Assembly (NCBI GenBank): GCA_904063045.1
Contig: CAJFCJ010000016.1
Span: forward strand, 682,001 to 746,000
Direction: 5' to 3'
Source of the DNA: Dimorphilus gyrociliatus
Lineage: Eukaryota > Animalia > Annelida
DNA length: 64,000 nt
A program made the translations under genes and the position numbers. Under the pieces are notes generated by a model. That model was not told the DNA's origin, made no database searches, and saw nothing but the letters and a program-made list of their open reading frames with translations. Positions 24,625-37,731 of this stretch are shown here, piece after piece (position 1 is the stretch's first letter; each line of letters begins with the position of its first letter).

Positions 24625-25162
24625 TGTTTGCGTTCCGACTAGCAATATCAACCGTCTTTATTATATACTATATATGCTTGTTTTTTCAACGGAAGGTTAT
24701 ACCCATCAGAATTTGATGGTGAACTCAAGAAATATATATAATTATTTATATATTGTATATTTCACATATACTAATTGATGAAATAACGAAATTTGTTTAT
24801 ATTAACTTTAGCGTTCTTGTTGTGGTCGAGGTATTAAAAATATTCAAAACGTTGTACTGTGTCCGGAACATTGCTGCCTAGGATTAATGGAACATTGGAG
24901 TAATGCTCCTGGATTAAAGATAACTTGGTGTGATTTTCCAGATTCGGATAGGCCTTTTATGTTTAAGGTAAATTGTAGCAGGAACTATGCTTACAACTGT
25001 ATAGTTTTCTTTAAAGTATAAGGTTTATAGATAAAATGGATATCTATATATACATTATATTTTTCCTTCCAGAGAAGTACTAGCGCCAATAGACGTAATT
25101 ACTTTCCATCATCAGTAAGTTCAGTTTCTTTTATACTTTCTCGCAAAGAGAGCGTCTTGTAA
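24156..25162 (+). CDS. Small secreted cysteine-rich prohormone-like precursor (~101 aa, 3 exons; not in ORF track)
   Basis: Exon 1 (24156-24215) follows a perfect Kozak GCCACC-ATG, encodes the signal-like MLTRLAIVFLLLFYIKA-DDQ and ends CAG|GTAATA. Exon 2 (24812-24967; actttag| ... AAG|GTAAAT) is a stop-free phase-0 156-nt exon: RSCCGRGIKNIQNVVLCPEHCCLGLMEHWSNAPGLKITWCDFPDSDRPFMFK. Exon 3 follows the strong acceptor ttttccttccag| at 25073: RSTSANRRNYFPSSVSSVSFILSRKESVL*. An alternative donor GTAAGT at 25115 makes the C-terminus uncertain. Confidence 0.6.
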
Positions 25163-26002
25163 AAAGTCAAGTTTTAAAAAAGAATCTTTTTATCTATTCT
25201 CTCTTCAAATTTACATGATGAAAAAAAGAGAATGTTAAATTCTGATTGAATATAAATAACCCTTAAAACCATTCATTTCATTTTCTATATTAAATATACA
25301 TTTATATAAACATATATATATATATACTAAAATTTTCATTCAATATGAAGAAAGTCTTAATCAATCTATATTTTTTTCTCTTAGAAAAAACCCGGAAAGG
25401 AAATAAATGAAAGAAAAAGGCGGGATACTTTAAAAAGAATTTTAAATAGTTCTCGGTAGACAATCCATAATATATATATATTTTTTCTGGATAATTCGGA
25501 TCTTTTAAGGGCTGCAAATTGCCAATTAAAGTCCTTTGTGTTGTGTCAATTGTCAAAACAGAATATTTTACAACGAGGAAATATTCACATAATTGATATA
25601 TTCATTCATAGAATTTATAATATATTCTAATAGTTTTACTTTAATAAATGTTAAAATATATATTTTTTATGAAATAATATTTATGTAAATTACATTAAAA
25701 CCTTTAAATTTTATTGATTTGTTGGGGGAGTATTGAAATTTAACGCATATTTGTCGTTCACTTCCTTTGAGTGTAAAGTAAAACTTTCCGACGTCTTTGA
25801 GGGGATAAATTCTAAACTTAATAAAATGTAAAAACGCCATCTATCGATTAAATTCTTAGTTCTTTTTATTAAAATGGGTTCACTGTCTCGTGATTCGGTA
25901 TCAATTACACATTTATTTAGTTTAATTGTAATTAATCATAGCAATGATTTTTCCTTTCTCTCTTCTCTTTCCTTCCAAGAATTCTGAAAATCAAAGGAAT
26001 TC

Positions 26003-27273
26003 TTAAGATTTCCGGAAAGGTGTGGTAGACGCTTCGAATGCTTCGTCTAGCATCTGCTTTATTGTGTTACTACATTTGGCGCCTTCTAGGAATTCTTTCA
26101 GAGACAACTTTTTATCTTTGTTTATGTCCGCTCTCTCCAATATATAATTAGCCAAACATTTCATCGAATGCTCATCAACTTTTCCTCGAAGATTATGTAG
26201 CGACTACAGATGGCGTTAACAGTTATTAATAAAAAAGAAAATATCGTTTATGCAATGTTATATAGAAAAAAGATATCTGTGAGCTGTCTATGTATACATA
26301 TACAGGTTCTAGTCTATACGTACGATTATACAGTATACGAAAGTATATACACTATATACACTTGTTATACATATTATGTATACTCTAGAACTTGTATTAT
26401 AGAAATTAGAATGTATTATACATAATTTACCTTGAGCATTTGCCCTAATTCATCCTCGGTTATATAACCAGTTCCATCAATATCATACATTTTGAATAAC
26501 CAAGTTAATTTCTCCTCCAAAGTGCCTCTCTTTTGTATATGAAGTGAATTCAAGAATTCTCTGAAATCAATACGACCATTTCCATCTCTGTCATACGTGC
26601 GAAAAACGTGTTGGGCAAACTGATTGGCATCACCAGTGGGGAAGAGTTTAGAATAGATTTTCTTAAATTGATCGCGGGACATCGACATGCGACCTTCCGG
26701 ACATTCCTTTAGAAAGTTTCTATTGAAAAAAAGGAAGGTTCTTTTTTTATCAATGTCTTCTTAAAGACATTCATTGGATAGTCTATTCCTATAGTTTATT
26801 ACTTAGAGAGTAATCTGTGTGTCGTATAGCAGAATAAGTTAATCTAAACAATATTCTTTACTAAACAGAAACAATTACGATAAGAGGAATTTAGAAATGC
26901 TTTGTCATCTAATTTAGCAAATTGATTGATCTAATCTTTTCAATAGATTGAACAAGAGCTAACAAGTTATCAAAATTGAAATATTCATGTTGATCGTTTT
27001 ATGTATGAAAGTAGTCAAAAAAAATAAGGAATTCACTTCTAAGATAAGACATTATGTAGATAAGGCTTAAAGAATGTAGGAAATATACTGTACATACAGT
27101 TTGTATTGTATATCTTCATATTTGAATAATATTCCAAGCTACCAAAGATACATAATTTACTTAGACATGTCAATGTACCTGTAATATTCTCTTATCTCAT
27201 CAGCGTTAAAAGCGGTGCTCTCTTCCAAATCCGTCAGGACTTCCGGTCTCAAAGCAGATGCTTGATTACCCAT
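26003..27273 (-). CDS. Neuronal calcium sensor family protein (hippocalcin/neurocalcin/GCAP-like), 194 aa, N-myristoylation motif
   Basis: Exons 27273-27179, 26719-26431 and 26203-26003 give 585 nt in frame. Features: MGNQAS (Gly2, Ser6), LRPEVLTDLEESTAFNADEIREYY, non-binding EF1 KECPEG, EF2 DRDGNGRIDFRE, RGTLEEKLTWLFKMY, EF3 DIDGTGYITEDE, EF4 DINKDKKLSLKE. Confidence 0.93.
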
Positions 27274-27902
27274 AATTAGTTGAAGTCTAATGTATTTTGA
27301 TTACCGGCTATCACTCAGTAAAGGATAAGGAATCGACTTATCATTAATTTATCATTAAGACAGTAGATGTCGCTAAACTGAGATAAGAGTATATATAAAA
27401 AAAAATAACTGGTAGAAGGATATGGAGATATTTCCTCTTCACCTTTTTGTTCCCATAATTTATTTTTACAAAGAACTACTTAAAAAGAAAATGTCATTTG
27501 ATAAAAAGTTTTATGATTGATGGAAACATTAAAAAAAATCTAGAAGTAGGATAAAGAAGAGAAAACCGAACACGATCTTTTTCTTAAAGGAAGAAAAATT
27601 CTCAGAATGCTTTTTTACTCTAGATTATTTCTATAGAATTGTGATGGATTAGCAATAGAAATTCACTAGCCCGTTATAATCTTTCATTCTCAATTCTGAA
27701 CAAACGAATAAGTAATAGAATACGAGCAAAGTTTTTTCTGGAGAGTAATAGAGCATAAAGCTATCTATATCTATATTATTTAAGTTCTTTCTACTACTTT
27801 TACACTATAGGATGGCATTTCTCTCTCTCTATCTTCTCTATTTCTGTCTATGCTATTCTTTTATTCTCTTCTTTCGTTAAGTCATTAATTTACTAAACTC
27901 TT

Positions 27903-27927
27903 TCTCTCTCTCTCTCTCTCTCTCTCT
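27903..27927. repeat. (CT)n/(GA)n microsatellite upstream of the NCS gene
   Basis: Direct CT run. Confidence 0.9.
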
Positions 27928-30900
27928 TACTCTTACTATTGCTCTTTCCCCTTTTTGTAAAGCACTTGATCTTACTCGATTTTTCAGTCCTCTCCAACAA
28001 TTAATCTCCCAACCCACCCCTCCCTCTTCACTCACGTAAATTTTAAACTGCTCAAATGTATTTGTAACGGCCGGGTAAATTGTTAAAAAATGATTATGTC
28101 AATAACGTAAACGAACCGTTTCTAATTGTATTCATATAATTGATGATTTTATAGTAAAAACAATATAAATAATAAATATCCTCTCAAGCTGTTATCTTAA
28201 ACGTTTAATTATAAATTGTTTTCCTATTACGATATTGAATGAGTGCAATAAAGTCTTTAAGAAATAATAAAGGGAAATGGGTGATTATTGAATTATTCAA
28301 GTAGATACTGTGATTTCTCTTATCATTTTTATTTGACACCGAAGGTTAAAAGAACCAATTCCTATTTTATCATGTTAGATACGACTTGAAATAGCAGAAG
28401 CTGAAAGGTGTTGGATAACTCTATATATCATTCCCAGACCAGTAATAATGAGAATGTGGAATGTGTAGAATATTCTTAAGAGAACACAAGGCAATGCTCT
28501 ATATAAACAATTAAAGATCATCTGAGAATATAAATTATTTTCTTCATTCGGTTTTCATTTCTTTGCTTTATTTTTCGTTATTATGACAAAAGAATGAATA
28601 GAGAAAAAGTTTTTTTATTCTTTAGAGGAAAATAAGTAATCATGACAAAGAAAGGAGAGTTTAGAAATTATATCTTTATTTTCTTTCTTTTCGCGTTTTT
28701 ACTAATTAACATCATTAAATCATGCTGAGATATGATGGAAATCATACTGGCCTATGCTAATAACCGGCACGCTTTAAGAAAACATAAGTTTGTATAGACA
28801 GCTTTAAAAAGTACTACTCTATTTACCCGAAGAATATTGGTATAGAAGATGGAGAAGGATTGAAATAGTTGGAAAAAAAAAGTTACAAAGAATGTAACAG
28901 GAAAATGCTTGTGAAACACTTCTTGTTTACTTTCTTTCGGTTAGATTGCAGGATTAAAACGTTTAAATTAATACATAAAACATTAGCTAAAGGAAGCTAA
29001 TTTCATTCTTCTTCAGATAAGAGATTTTCAGTTAAGAGAATCGAAGTATTTCCATTTTAAAAGACGAATCTTGAATTATTTAATCACTTTCGTGATTAAA
29101 AAAAAAAAAAACCAATTAATAGAAATACATCGCCTTCTCAACAATGATTTAAGGGTTATTCGTGAGAGTCAGCGGACTAGCGTGCGGAAGATGTCGTTAA
29201 TGAGATTTGCATTGAAATTAGTAAATAAACAAATATAACTAGAATTGAAAAAGCAGAAAATGATGAAGAAGAAGAGAGAAGGAAATATATGGAAAATTCG
29301 ATTTTGTTGTGGTTTTTTTTTTACTAATCTAGTTAAAATAGACTAAAAAAGGAGCTTTGAAAATGAAATAAGTTTACTCAAGTACATTGAATTGAAAAGA
29401 GAATCTAATCGCATGCACTTAATCATACTAATATCTCTTTTATTTTGAGTTTTTGAGCATTTTATCCCCGAATTGATTATCCCGAAAAAATCCAATTAAT
29501 TGATATTAAAAAAGAAAATAACATGAATCAGAACTTTCTAGCTCTTTTTAAACTGTTCATTAGATTTATTGAATGTTTGCCAATACAGCAAGTTAATTAC
29601 TCATAATGAAAAATAGAACAGAAAAGAAAAATCATTAATAAACCTTCAAGTACGTAACGAAAGATTTTGGATTAAAATAAATGACTCTTTTGAAAGAAGA
29701 AGAAAAAAAAGAAAAAATAACTAACCTTGACCCTACACAATCAACGGCTGTTTGTAATATTTTTTTATCTAATTGCTAAGAACGTACATACTAATGGCGT
29801 ATAATCTATAAAGCGTCTATAAAATAGATAAAAAGTTCGATATGAAGGATTTAAATGATTTAAAGACAAGTAAAGTTAAGTATATTTGTCTGAGAATAGG
29901 ACAAAATCGGTATGAAAAGGAAGTCGGACACATCGTAAATACATCAAGGAAACGACCAGAGAACATAAAACTTCATTAAGCGGATTAAGAATTGCTATAC
30001 TATATAACATATCAGCCAAATTCTTTACATATCCTAAGTTTATAGAGATTTAGTATTTCTCTGGATTTAATTTACTATCAAAAATGATCCCAATCACATA
30101 TGTATCTCATAGCAGTTCCCTTTGAATAGCTTTTTGTTTTAGTATAAATGATATTGTACCTGATAAACTCTTCAATTACATATAATTCTGATAAAAACCA
30201 ATCAGAAAACCACTTCCTCTTTCCTAATTTTATTCCTAAATAACCGACGTATCATTTTACTCATCTGACTAAACAAACATTTATCTATACTAATACACAT
30301 GCTTTAATCATTGATATGGGATTTTATTCTTATATTTAATATATATATATTAAGAGTAGAAAGAAAATATAGGTAAGACCTAATGAGGAAGATTAGTTTA
30401 TGTTGGGGGTGGGGAGGGAGGAGGGGAGAGAGAGATATGGAGGAAGAGAATAGTTGAACATTTAAGTTGAGAGTTGATTGTACAGTAGTTTCAAACAAAT
30501 TACGTTCAACACGGTTCAACACGCAATTATTCTAGTTTTTACGTTTTTAGAACAAGATATGCAGTATTATATTTATCCTTAATTGTAGTATAGGTAGTTA
30601 ACTTGAGAACGTGCGTTGTCACGTTAAATTCCTGCCAGATTCTAATTAAATCTGTAAAAAAGGAAAAACTTTTGTAGAGCATCTACTTAGGGCTTAGAAA
30701 CGACAGCGGAATCCAGGGTATACGTGGTATATAGTTTTTCCACCCCCTCAAGCAATTTACGTAATCCTGTCGAATAAGTTTTTCCTTTTTTTACGAAAAA
30801 TTCGTTGATACCTTCTCTCTCTCTCTCTCTCTCTCTCTCCTTCTTTCTTTATCCACTTCCTCTTCTCTCTCTCCCTCTCTCTCTCTCTCTTTCCTACTTA

Positions 30901-32083
30901 TTCTGTCAAAAACACGCTTGCTTACGTACCGTATATTTGAATTAACGCTTGGCCCATATATCGAGAAATCTGTTACTTGTGGCCTATGTTTCAAAACGTT
31001 CAATGAATAATATAAACATTAATTTATTATCAATATTTTATAAAGACCTTCAGGTATTTTTTCAACGATCTAAAGTTTACTTACGGTTTCTTTCGCTATT
31101 CCTTTCCTACGTTCAGTCAATCTTTTCTTTTACCTTTTCATTTACCACAGTTCTAAGTTACAGATATGATTTTCTTAAATTGAATAATATGCTCAGAAAG
31201 TATTACGTTAACATATTTATAGAAATATCTTAATCATTTCTAGAAAGAGTAAATGAATATATCAATTTATCTAATTGTAGGATGATAAATATAATAAATA
31301 GAACAAAAAGTACAAGTATTTCCTTTTTAAGTTGATTGAAACACATGTAAACATTCTCATAGATTGAGAATGTAAACTTGGAAAATCTTTACCTTAATCG
31401 ATCTAAAAATAACCTAAATATAGTTTACAAGATGAAGACCTATAAAACTAAATATCCGTGATTTTTTGTTGCTTTATTTCGACATTCCCTCTCTTTCCTA
31501 GAAACTTAAATAATCAAACACAATATGATTAATAATAATCAAAAAAATATACTACAACCTATATTATTAACAATTTGGAAATGTGAGCGCAACAAATAAT
31601 AGGATTAATATATAATTAAATGTATTCAATATAAGGTGGCCTGTCTAATATTTTGATAAAATGTTAAAATAAAAAGAGAAGAGAAAGAAAACTACTGTAT
31701 TTGGGAGGTTGAGATGATAGAGAGAGAGAGAGAAAGAAAGAAATAAGAGAAAAACAATGAAAAAGGCGTTTCTTTTTCTATTTTTTAAACACTTTAAACA
31801 TAGTTTTTTACCATTCAAGCATTTGTTACGTAAATTATGTGATATTTGCACAATTTTTAAGTTAAGTAAACGAAATTTACTCGGAAAACATTCAACCTCT
31901 CCAGCCTGTAAAATATCAGTCATTTATAAAGGACGTCTCCTTTTTTTCCTTGCTTGCTCTGACGAAAAAAAATTAGCGAGGAAAGGAGTGGTTGAGTATC
32001 ATTTTCAAGGACGAATATTCACTAAGATTATAAATAAATTGCGTGTCTATTTTAAATTATACTTTTATAAGTATATATCTACA

Positions 32084-32120
<37 letters not shown>

Positions 32121-34643
32121 TGTATATATTGTATGTCTACCGAGTATAAAGATAGATTAATACAAATAAGCTGGATAATTTAACGAGATGATTAGAAAAG
32201 CAAATTTAATGAATGAAAAAATAGTTTTTTCTTTCTCTTTCATCATTAAATTACTTGTAATAAAGTATTAACAACTTAAAAGAAGACTATTCTAAACATG
32301 AAAAGTCAATACAATTCAATTTATTTAGTTTAGATTATATTCTTTACTTTAAAAAATAAAAAAATATGAAATATGTCTATTATTTAGAAAAGAAGGAAGG
32401 GAAATGGGCGGATTTTCTCTGTCAAAACACGTCTATTACACAGGTGAAACTAATTTTTTTTACCTTTAGGAGTGAACGTGCTAATAGAGTTCCTCTATAT
32501 TAATTTATATTTATATTAGTATATAATTTATATATACAGTATGTTCCCAATATTTAAATTCGTTATGATTAAACTTCATATATATACACACTCCAGTCAG
32601 AACCTAATTCCTTTTGTAATAAATCATTAGTCAATGGTTCTTTGTTTGGTTGTAGAGGATGCGAGACTTGTGGGTGACAAAATAGAAAAAAAGTTTCGCA
32701 GACCAACTGAGAAAGGGAAAGACGGAGAGGCAGAGAAAGAAAAGGGCTTGGGTGTCGGGTAAGATAAAAAAAAAGTAGGTATAAAGAGGGGATAAAGATT
32801 TTAGATACAAGAATTTAATCGTATCAGCCTTTTTCTTTCTCTACAATTATTGAATTAATTATAGAGGAAAAACAGCTGGTTTTTTTTAAAAGCTTGATGT
32901 AATTGATTCTTTATAAGGAAAAAAGAAAAAAAAGTTTATTTCGTGTTTGAAAGAGACCACCTTCGTGTCGGACTTTATTGGATTAAAGCATGCCAGACCT
33001 TATATTGACTTTTGAAGTTTAAAGAGTTGAAAAAGTCCAGGGAATAACGTAAAAAATTTCTCTTCTTCTAATGGAACTTCCTTAGGGTGAATATAACGAT
33101 TTCCTAAAAAGTAAAGAGGATTATATTAATATATCTATATAAGTTTGACTTTTATTCTTATTAGCGAATCCTACGATATATATATAACAAAAAATAATAA
33201 AGAAAAGGTTTTATGAGGATTAAATTGTAATGTTAATTGTTGACTTTCGTTAATAGGTCGTTTACCCACTTAAAATTGGTTATTTACTTGATTTATTGAA
33301 TTTTTATCATTGTTTCTTAAATCATAGAGAAAGTAATTAATTTGATAAATCTTTCTTTTCCTAAAATGTGATTTCTCTATTTGCTTTGATGGAGATACAT
33401 TAATAAGTTAGAAAAAAAAGGGATAAAAGGATAAAGACCACAAATCTAAATATATGAATTTATTTACTAAAGCATGTACATACATACGCATGAAAGACTA
33501 ATTTGAGCAGTAATTTTCCTTTTACACTGGGAATAATTTACTGCAATCAGAGGTGTTATACTCTATACAATCTTTAATGTTTGAGCTTGGCTTTCATTAT
33601 TAAATTAATATCAGAGCATAATTTTTATTAAGCAATTTAATTAGTAATTCAATTATTGCTGTATTCGAGCACACACACACAGATACAGACACAGTCATAT
33701 ATAAATACTGTATATATGTGATATTTACATCTACATCATACATAATAGATTAATTCACAAATGCCATAAAATACAAAACTCTAGCAGACGATATTGCGCA
33801 ATAAAAAAAACATTCCTATCTACTAGACTACGAAAAGAGAGGTAGAAAATTGTCTACTTAGGATAAAAAGAGATTTTTTTCAGATGGGAATTAGAGCACT
33901 AACTCATAATGAATCATTAAGACTTGCTATATAGAATTTATTTGTCAAAACGGATAACTAACGAATTAAGATTGGCAGTAGGGAAGTTTAATATTACAAT
34001 TGAAAAGTGTAAGAGGAAAATTTTGTAATTTGTTGGAATGTATTAGAACATAAATTAAGGGAGCGACATTAACAAAATAAGGGCAAAATAGTGTATAATA
34101 GATTAATTGAAAAACGGTTTAGGTAAAGAAGATAGAATGTATTTTTTAAATGGCTAGACGGATAGCGCTTTCAGGCCGAATAAAGAAAGGAAAGTGTAAT
34201 TAATCGCTGACGATTTTGAGTATTAAATGTAACATTTATTTGTCGATATAGATCGATGAAAGATACTATTAAGTGTCGTCGCAACGTATAGAGAAGTTGT
34301 TAAACCGTCACGCGATCAATTTTCTTGACGGCGAAGAGGGACAAGTATCCAACCTTAAGATTCCACTATAACACTATAAAATCTTCTATATTTTCTTGCC
34401 TTTGATCTTTATTTATTATAATATACTGTATATTCTCTGCTATTTGTCTATTTAAACATTTTATATATTTTAATGTTTAAAGTATTTCTTTAAATCTTCT
34501 TAATAACTAATTTCTTTTTCGATTTATTTATTTTTTATCTTTCCATTAGTTAAAAACTTTACTTGTTAAGAAGATAAGAGATCTTTAATGAATAAGTTAC
34601 TTACTTTCTCTTTCTCTCCTCCACCTTTCCCTCTTCGCCCCCT

Positions 34644-34682
<39 letters not shown>

Positions 34683-37600
34683 GCCTCCCTCTTGCATTTT
34701 GTTTATTTTTTCAATTTTGAGTTTATTGGTAATAAATCAAAATATCCAATTTTTTTAGGGTAAAGAGCAATGAAATTGGTGATTTTTCTCTTAGATCAAT
34801 CTATTTTAAGGTCAACTATAATATATAACGCAATATTAAATGTTACATACCTTGCGCACATTCTTTATAATTATGAGAAAATTCTCATTTTCTTTAAATC
34901 TGTCGGTTGAAAAAGAAAAACAACCGGAGAAAAAGTAATCTAAAGCCAGATATACATTATTTTTGATGCGCTTTATTAACTTTCATTTTCTCCTGCAAAT
35001 AGATACTTAATAAGAGAAGCGAAGGTTGTTTTTTCTTAATAGTACCAATGGATTTTATAGAAAATATCGTTCTTCCTCTCTTTCCTCTTTATTCCTTTCT
35101 CTTCTCTTCTCTCCCCCCTCTCCCCTTCCTTCACTCAATTTCTCTCTCTCCTTATTTTTCTTTCATTCTTTCAATCTTTCTTCATTTCTCCTCTCCTTTC
35201 CATAGCTATTCATTTTTCTAAATATGTGTCTCTTGTCTATCCTTCTCTCTCCCTCTCTCTTTCTCTCCTTGTTTTTCACTGTCCCCTATTTATCGCTGTC
35301 TCTATTTTCCATTGTGTTAATTATCCGAATATAAAATTTCGTTGATTTTAATTAGTATTCTTTCTTTTCCATCATACTTATCTTAATAGAATTAATGGAA
35401 TATCATAAAAAAGAGTAATTACTACGTCATATGTTTCTTCGTCACTCATTTTTATATTAACTAAGATGAGGTAGCTTAATAATTAAGAGTGAAGGAACTG
35501 CGAAGGCTAGCATAGAATTAATTTCAATCTAAAGAATATAGCTAACTAGTTTTAATAATTGCATTGTCTGTCAAATAATCAATTTATACATAGTTCTTAT
35601 TATTCTATATAACTTATACAGACTTTCAATTTTATATATTCTATGGATTACCAATAAACGTCTTGTTGAATTGATCTAAGCACAAAGTTAAAGGTATATG
35701 CAGTATATATTAAACAGGGCAGCATACGGTTTATTCTGTATATCCTATAATATAATGAATAAATAGTAAAGAAAGAAGAGGGATAAGGGGTGAAAGAGTT
35801 AGCGGGCAGGGGATAAAATGGGTATATTCTTCTTTACTACAGAGTCAGCCAATTAACTGTATCGCTGCACAAAACTAACAAAAACTCCGGAATAGGTTCG
35901 ATAATTAAAAACATATGAAGGGAGGGTTGTTTCTAATTTTCCTTTATCTAAAGTAACGTTTTCCTTTGCAAATTGTAGCTTTTTGGAAAAATTTCAACAT
36001 TCTTCATGGATTATTGAATAAGGAAGTTGATGATGATGATGATGATGATAATGACTTTGGTAGTGGCGATGGGGAATTTTTAGATTGTGAAAGGAGGAAG
36101 ACATATTATCTATTTTCTCCTCGAAGAAAGCAATTTTATAGATTTTATCTTATTAGGAAAAGAAGAGAAAAAGAGTCCTTCGCTTTATTACCTGTACACA
36201 AAATTTATATGTCAAAATGGGTCAATGTATCATAGACTATTAGGAGTTGTCACGACGCCAGTAGCGTCGTTAAACTGTCACGCCATTGGTTTTGAGATTT
36301 CGGATAGTTTTCTATCAATACGTCATCTTTGACCTTTCGTCCTGTCTTTTCGACCTTGATGTATCAAAAGCATTTCATCTTTGATTATAATTGGTGGTTA
36401 GCGTAAGTTCTTTAATTTTAAGCCAAGTTGGCTTCGTACAGCTATTATTAACAGTCGTTAGATTCCAATCGTGATGATCAATTATTCAAATACGGAGCCG
36501 AAGTTGGACGTCTCATAGCATAGATGAAGAGACATCTCTAAAAGATTTTCACATGAAAAAGTTTGCAACTCTGTAGAATATTTATTTAGAAAAACATCAT
36601 ATATGGACTCTGTTTACATACAAAATAATACATATAGAAAGATTACCTAATTACTGTAAGTAAATATGATTACTAATGCCTATATAAATTTATCGGCTCA
36701 AAGATAGGATAGTAGAATTAATAAACAACTAGGTGAAGCTCAAAGACTACTTGAAGAAGAAAATAGTATTAAGTTAAACCCACCCAAAGGGCATAGTCTG
36801 TTAACATAAACTTTTTCTTCATTTCTTCAATTCCTTCACTATTTATTCTTCTTTCCCTCTCCTTTTTCTTTCTTTCTATCATTTTGTTTTTAAGCTTTAT
36901 TTCTTTGACTGTTTCATAACAAAACAATATCCTGTATATATATACAGTATATACAGTATATATTGAATAAAACAATAATAATCTTCAATATTTCTTTTCC
37001 ATCTATTTTCTATTATTAAAAATAAAAACTTTTTCATTTATTAAACATAAAAATATTGAACAGAAATCGAATGAAATAATCAAACTTGAACATTTAACAT
37101 ATTAATATATACAATATATAGGTATTTATTAGTTTTTATCACTATTGTCTTTTTTTTCTATATATTCAATACAGTATATACATAATTACATATCTATACA
37201 GTTTATATATATATATATATGGTTTCTGATAAAAATATAGGATTACACGAGACGGCTTTTGTTCTTTTCTTGAATATTTATAATAAAAGTCTTTAATCAT
37301 CTTAAACTTGTATAAAAAGAAAAAGATTAAATAAATAAGGTTTTTTTGTTTTGATTAATTTTGCTAAAGAAATTGAAAACATTAAAATTACAACATAATC
37401 CTATAAGATGTTGAGCATTGCTACATGAACACATCATATACATAAATTGTAATTGATATATATATATACACATATATATATATATATATATATATATTAG
37501 TATATATATTATCTTTATATGTATACACATATACTACTTACATTTTTTATACATATATGTATATACATACGGTTTTTAGTATAAAGTATATGCAGTTTCA

Positions 37601-37731
37601 ATGTGAAATTATAGAGAAAGGGAATAGACCAACTTTTGATTGCTTTTTTTGTTTTTGGTTTTTTTTTCCGTGTCTTTAGATCAAATTGTCCAATGAAAAA
37701 GAAATGAAACGTTATGTTGATATAAAACACG

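Noticed and set aside
24461-24778. 105-aa ORF from the track, and possible extra exons at 24328-24359 and 24643-24718
   Set aside because: The ORF runs through a (TA)n tract. The simpler direct exon 1 to exon 2 splice gives a cleaner signal-peptide/mature-peptide structure; extra exons cannot be excluded without cDNA.
27443-27456. Alternative NCS first exon ATG GGA ACA AAA AG|GTGAAG (MGTK, phase-compatible with exon 2)
   Set aside because: It would delete the conserved N-terminal helices. More likely a short uORF or chance.
32656-32758. Open 103-nt segment with good acceptor and GG|GTAAGA donor on the plus strand
   Set aside because: Purine-rich low-complexity translation, no partner exons and no homology; could be a non-coding exon.
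35966-36235. ORF with a poly-Asp tract
   Set aside because: Explained by a (GAT)n microsatellite; no domain, splice context or Kozak support.
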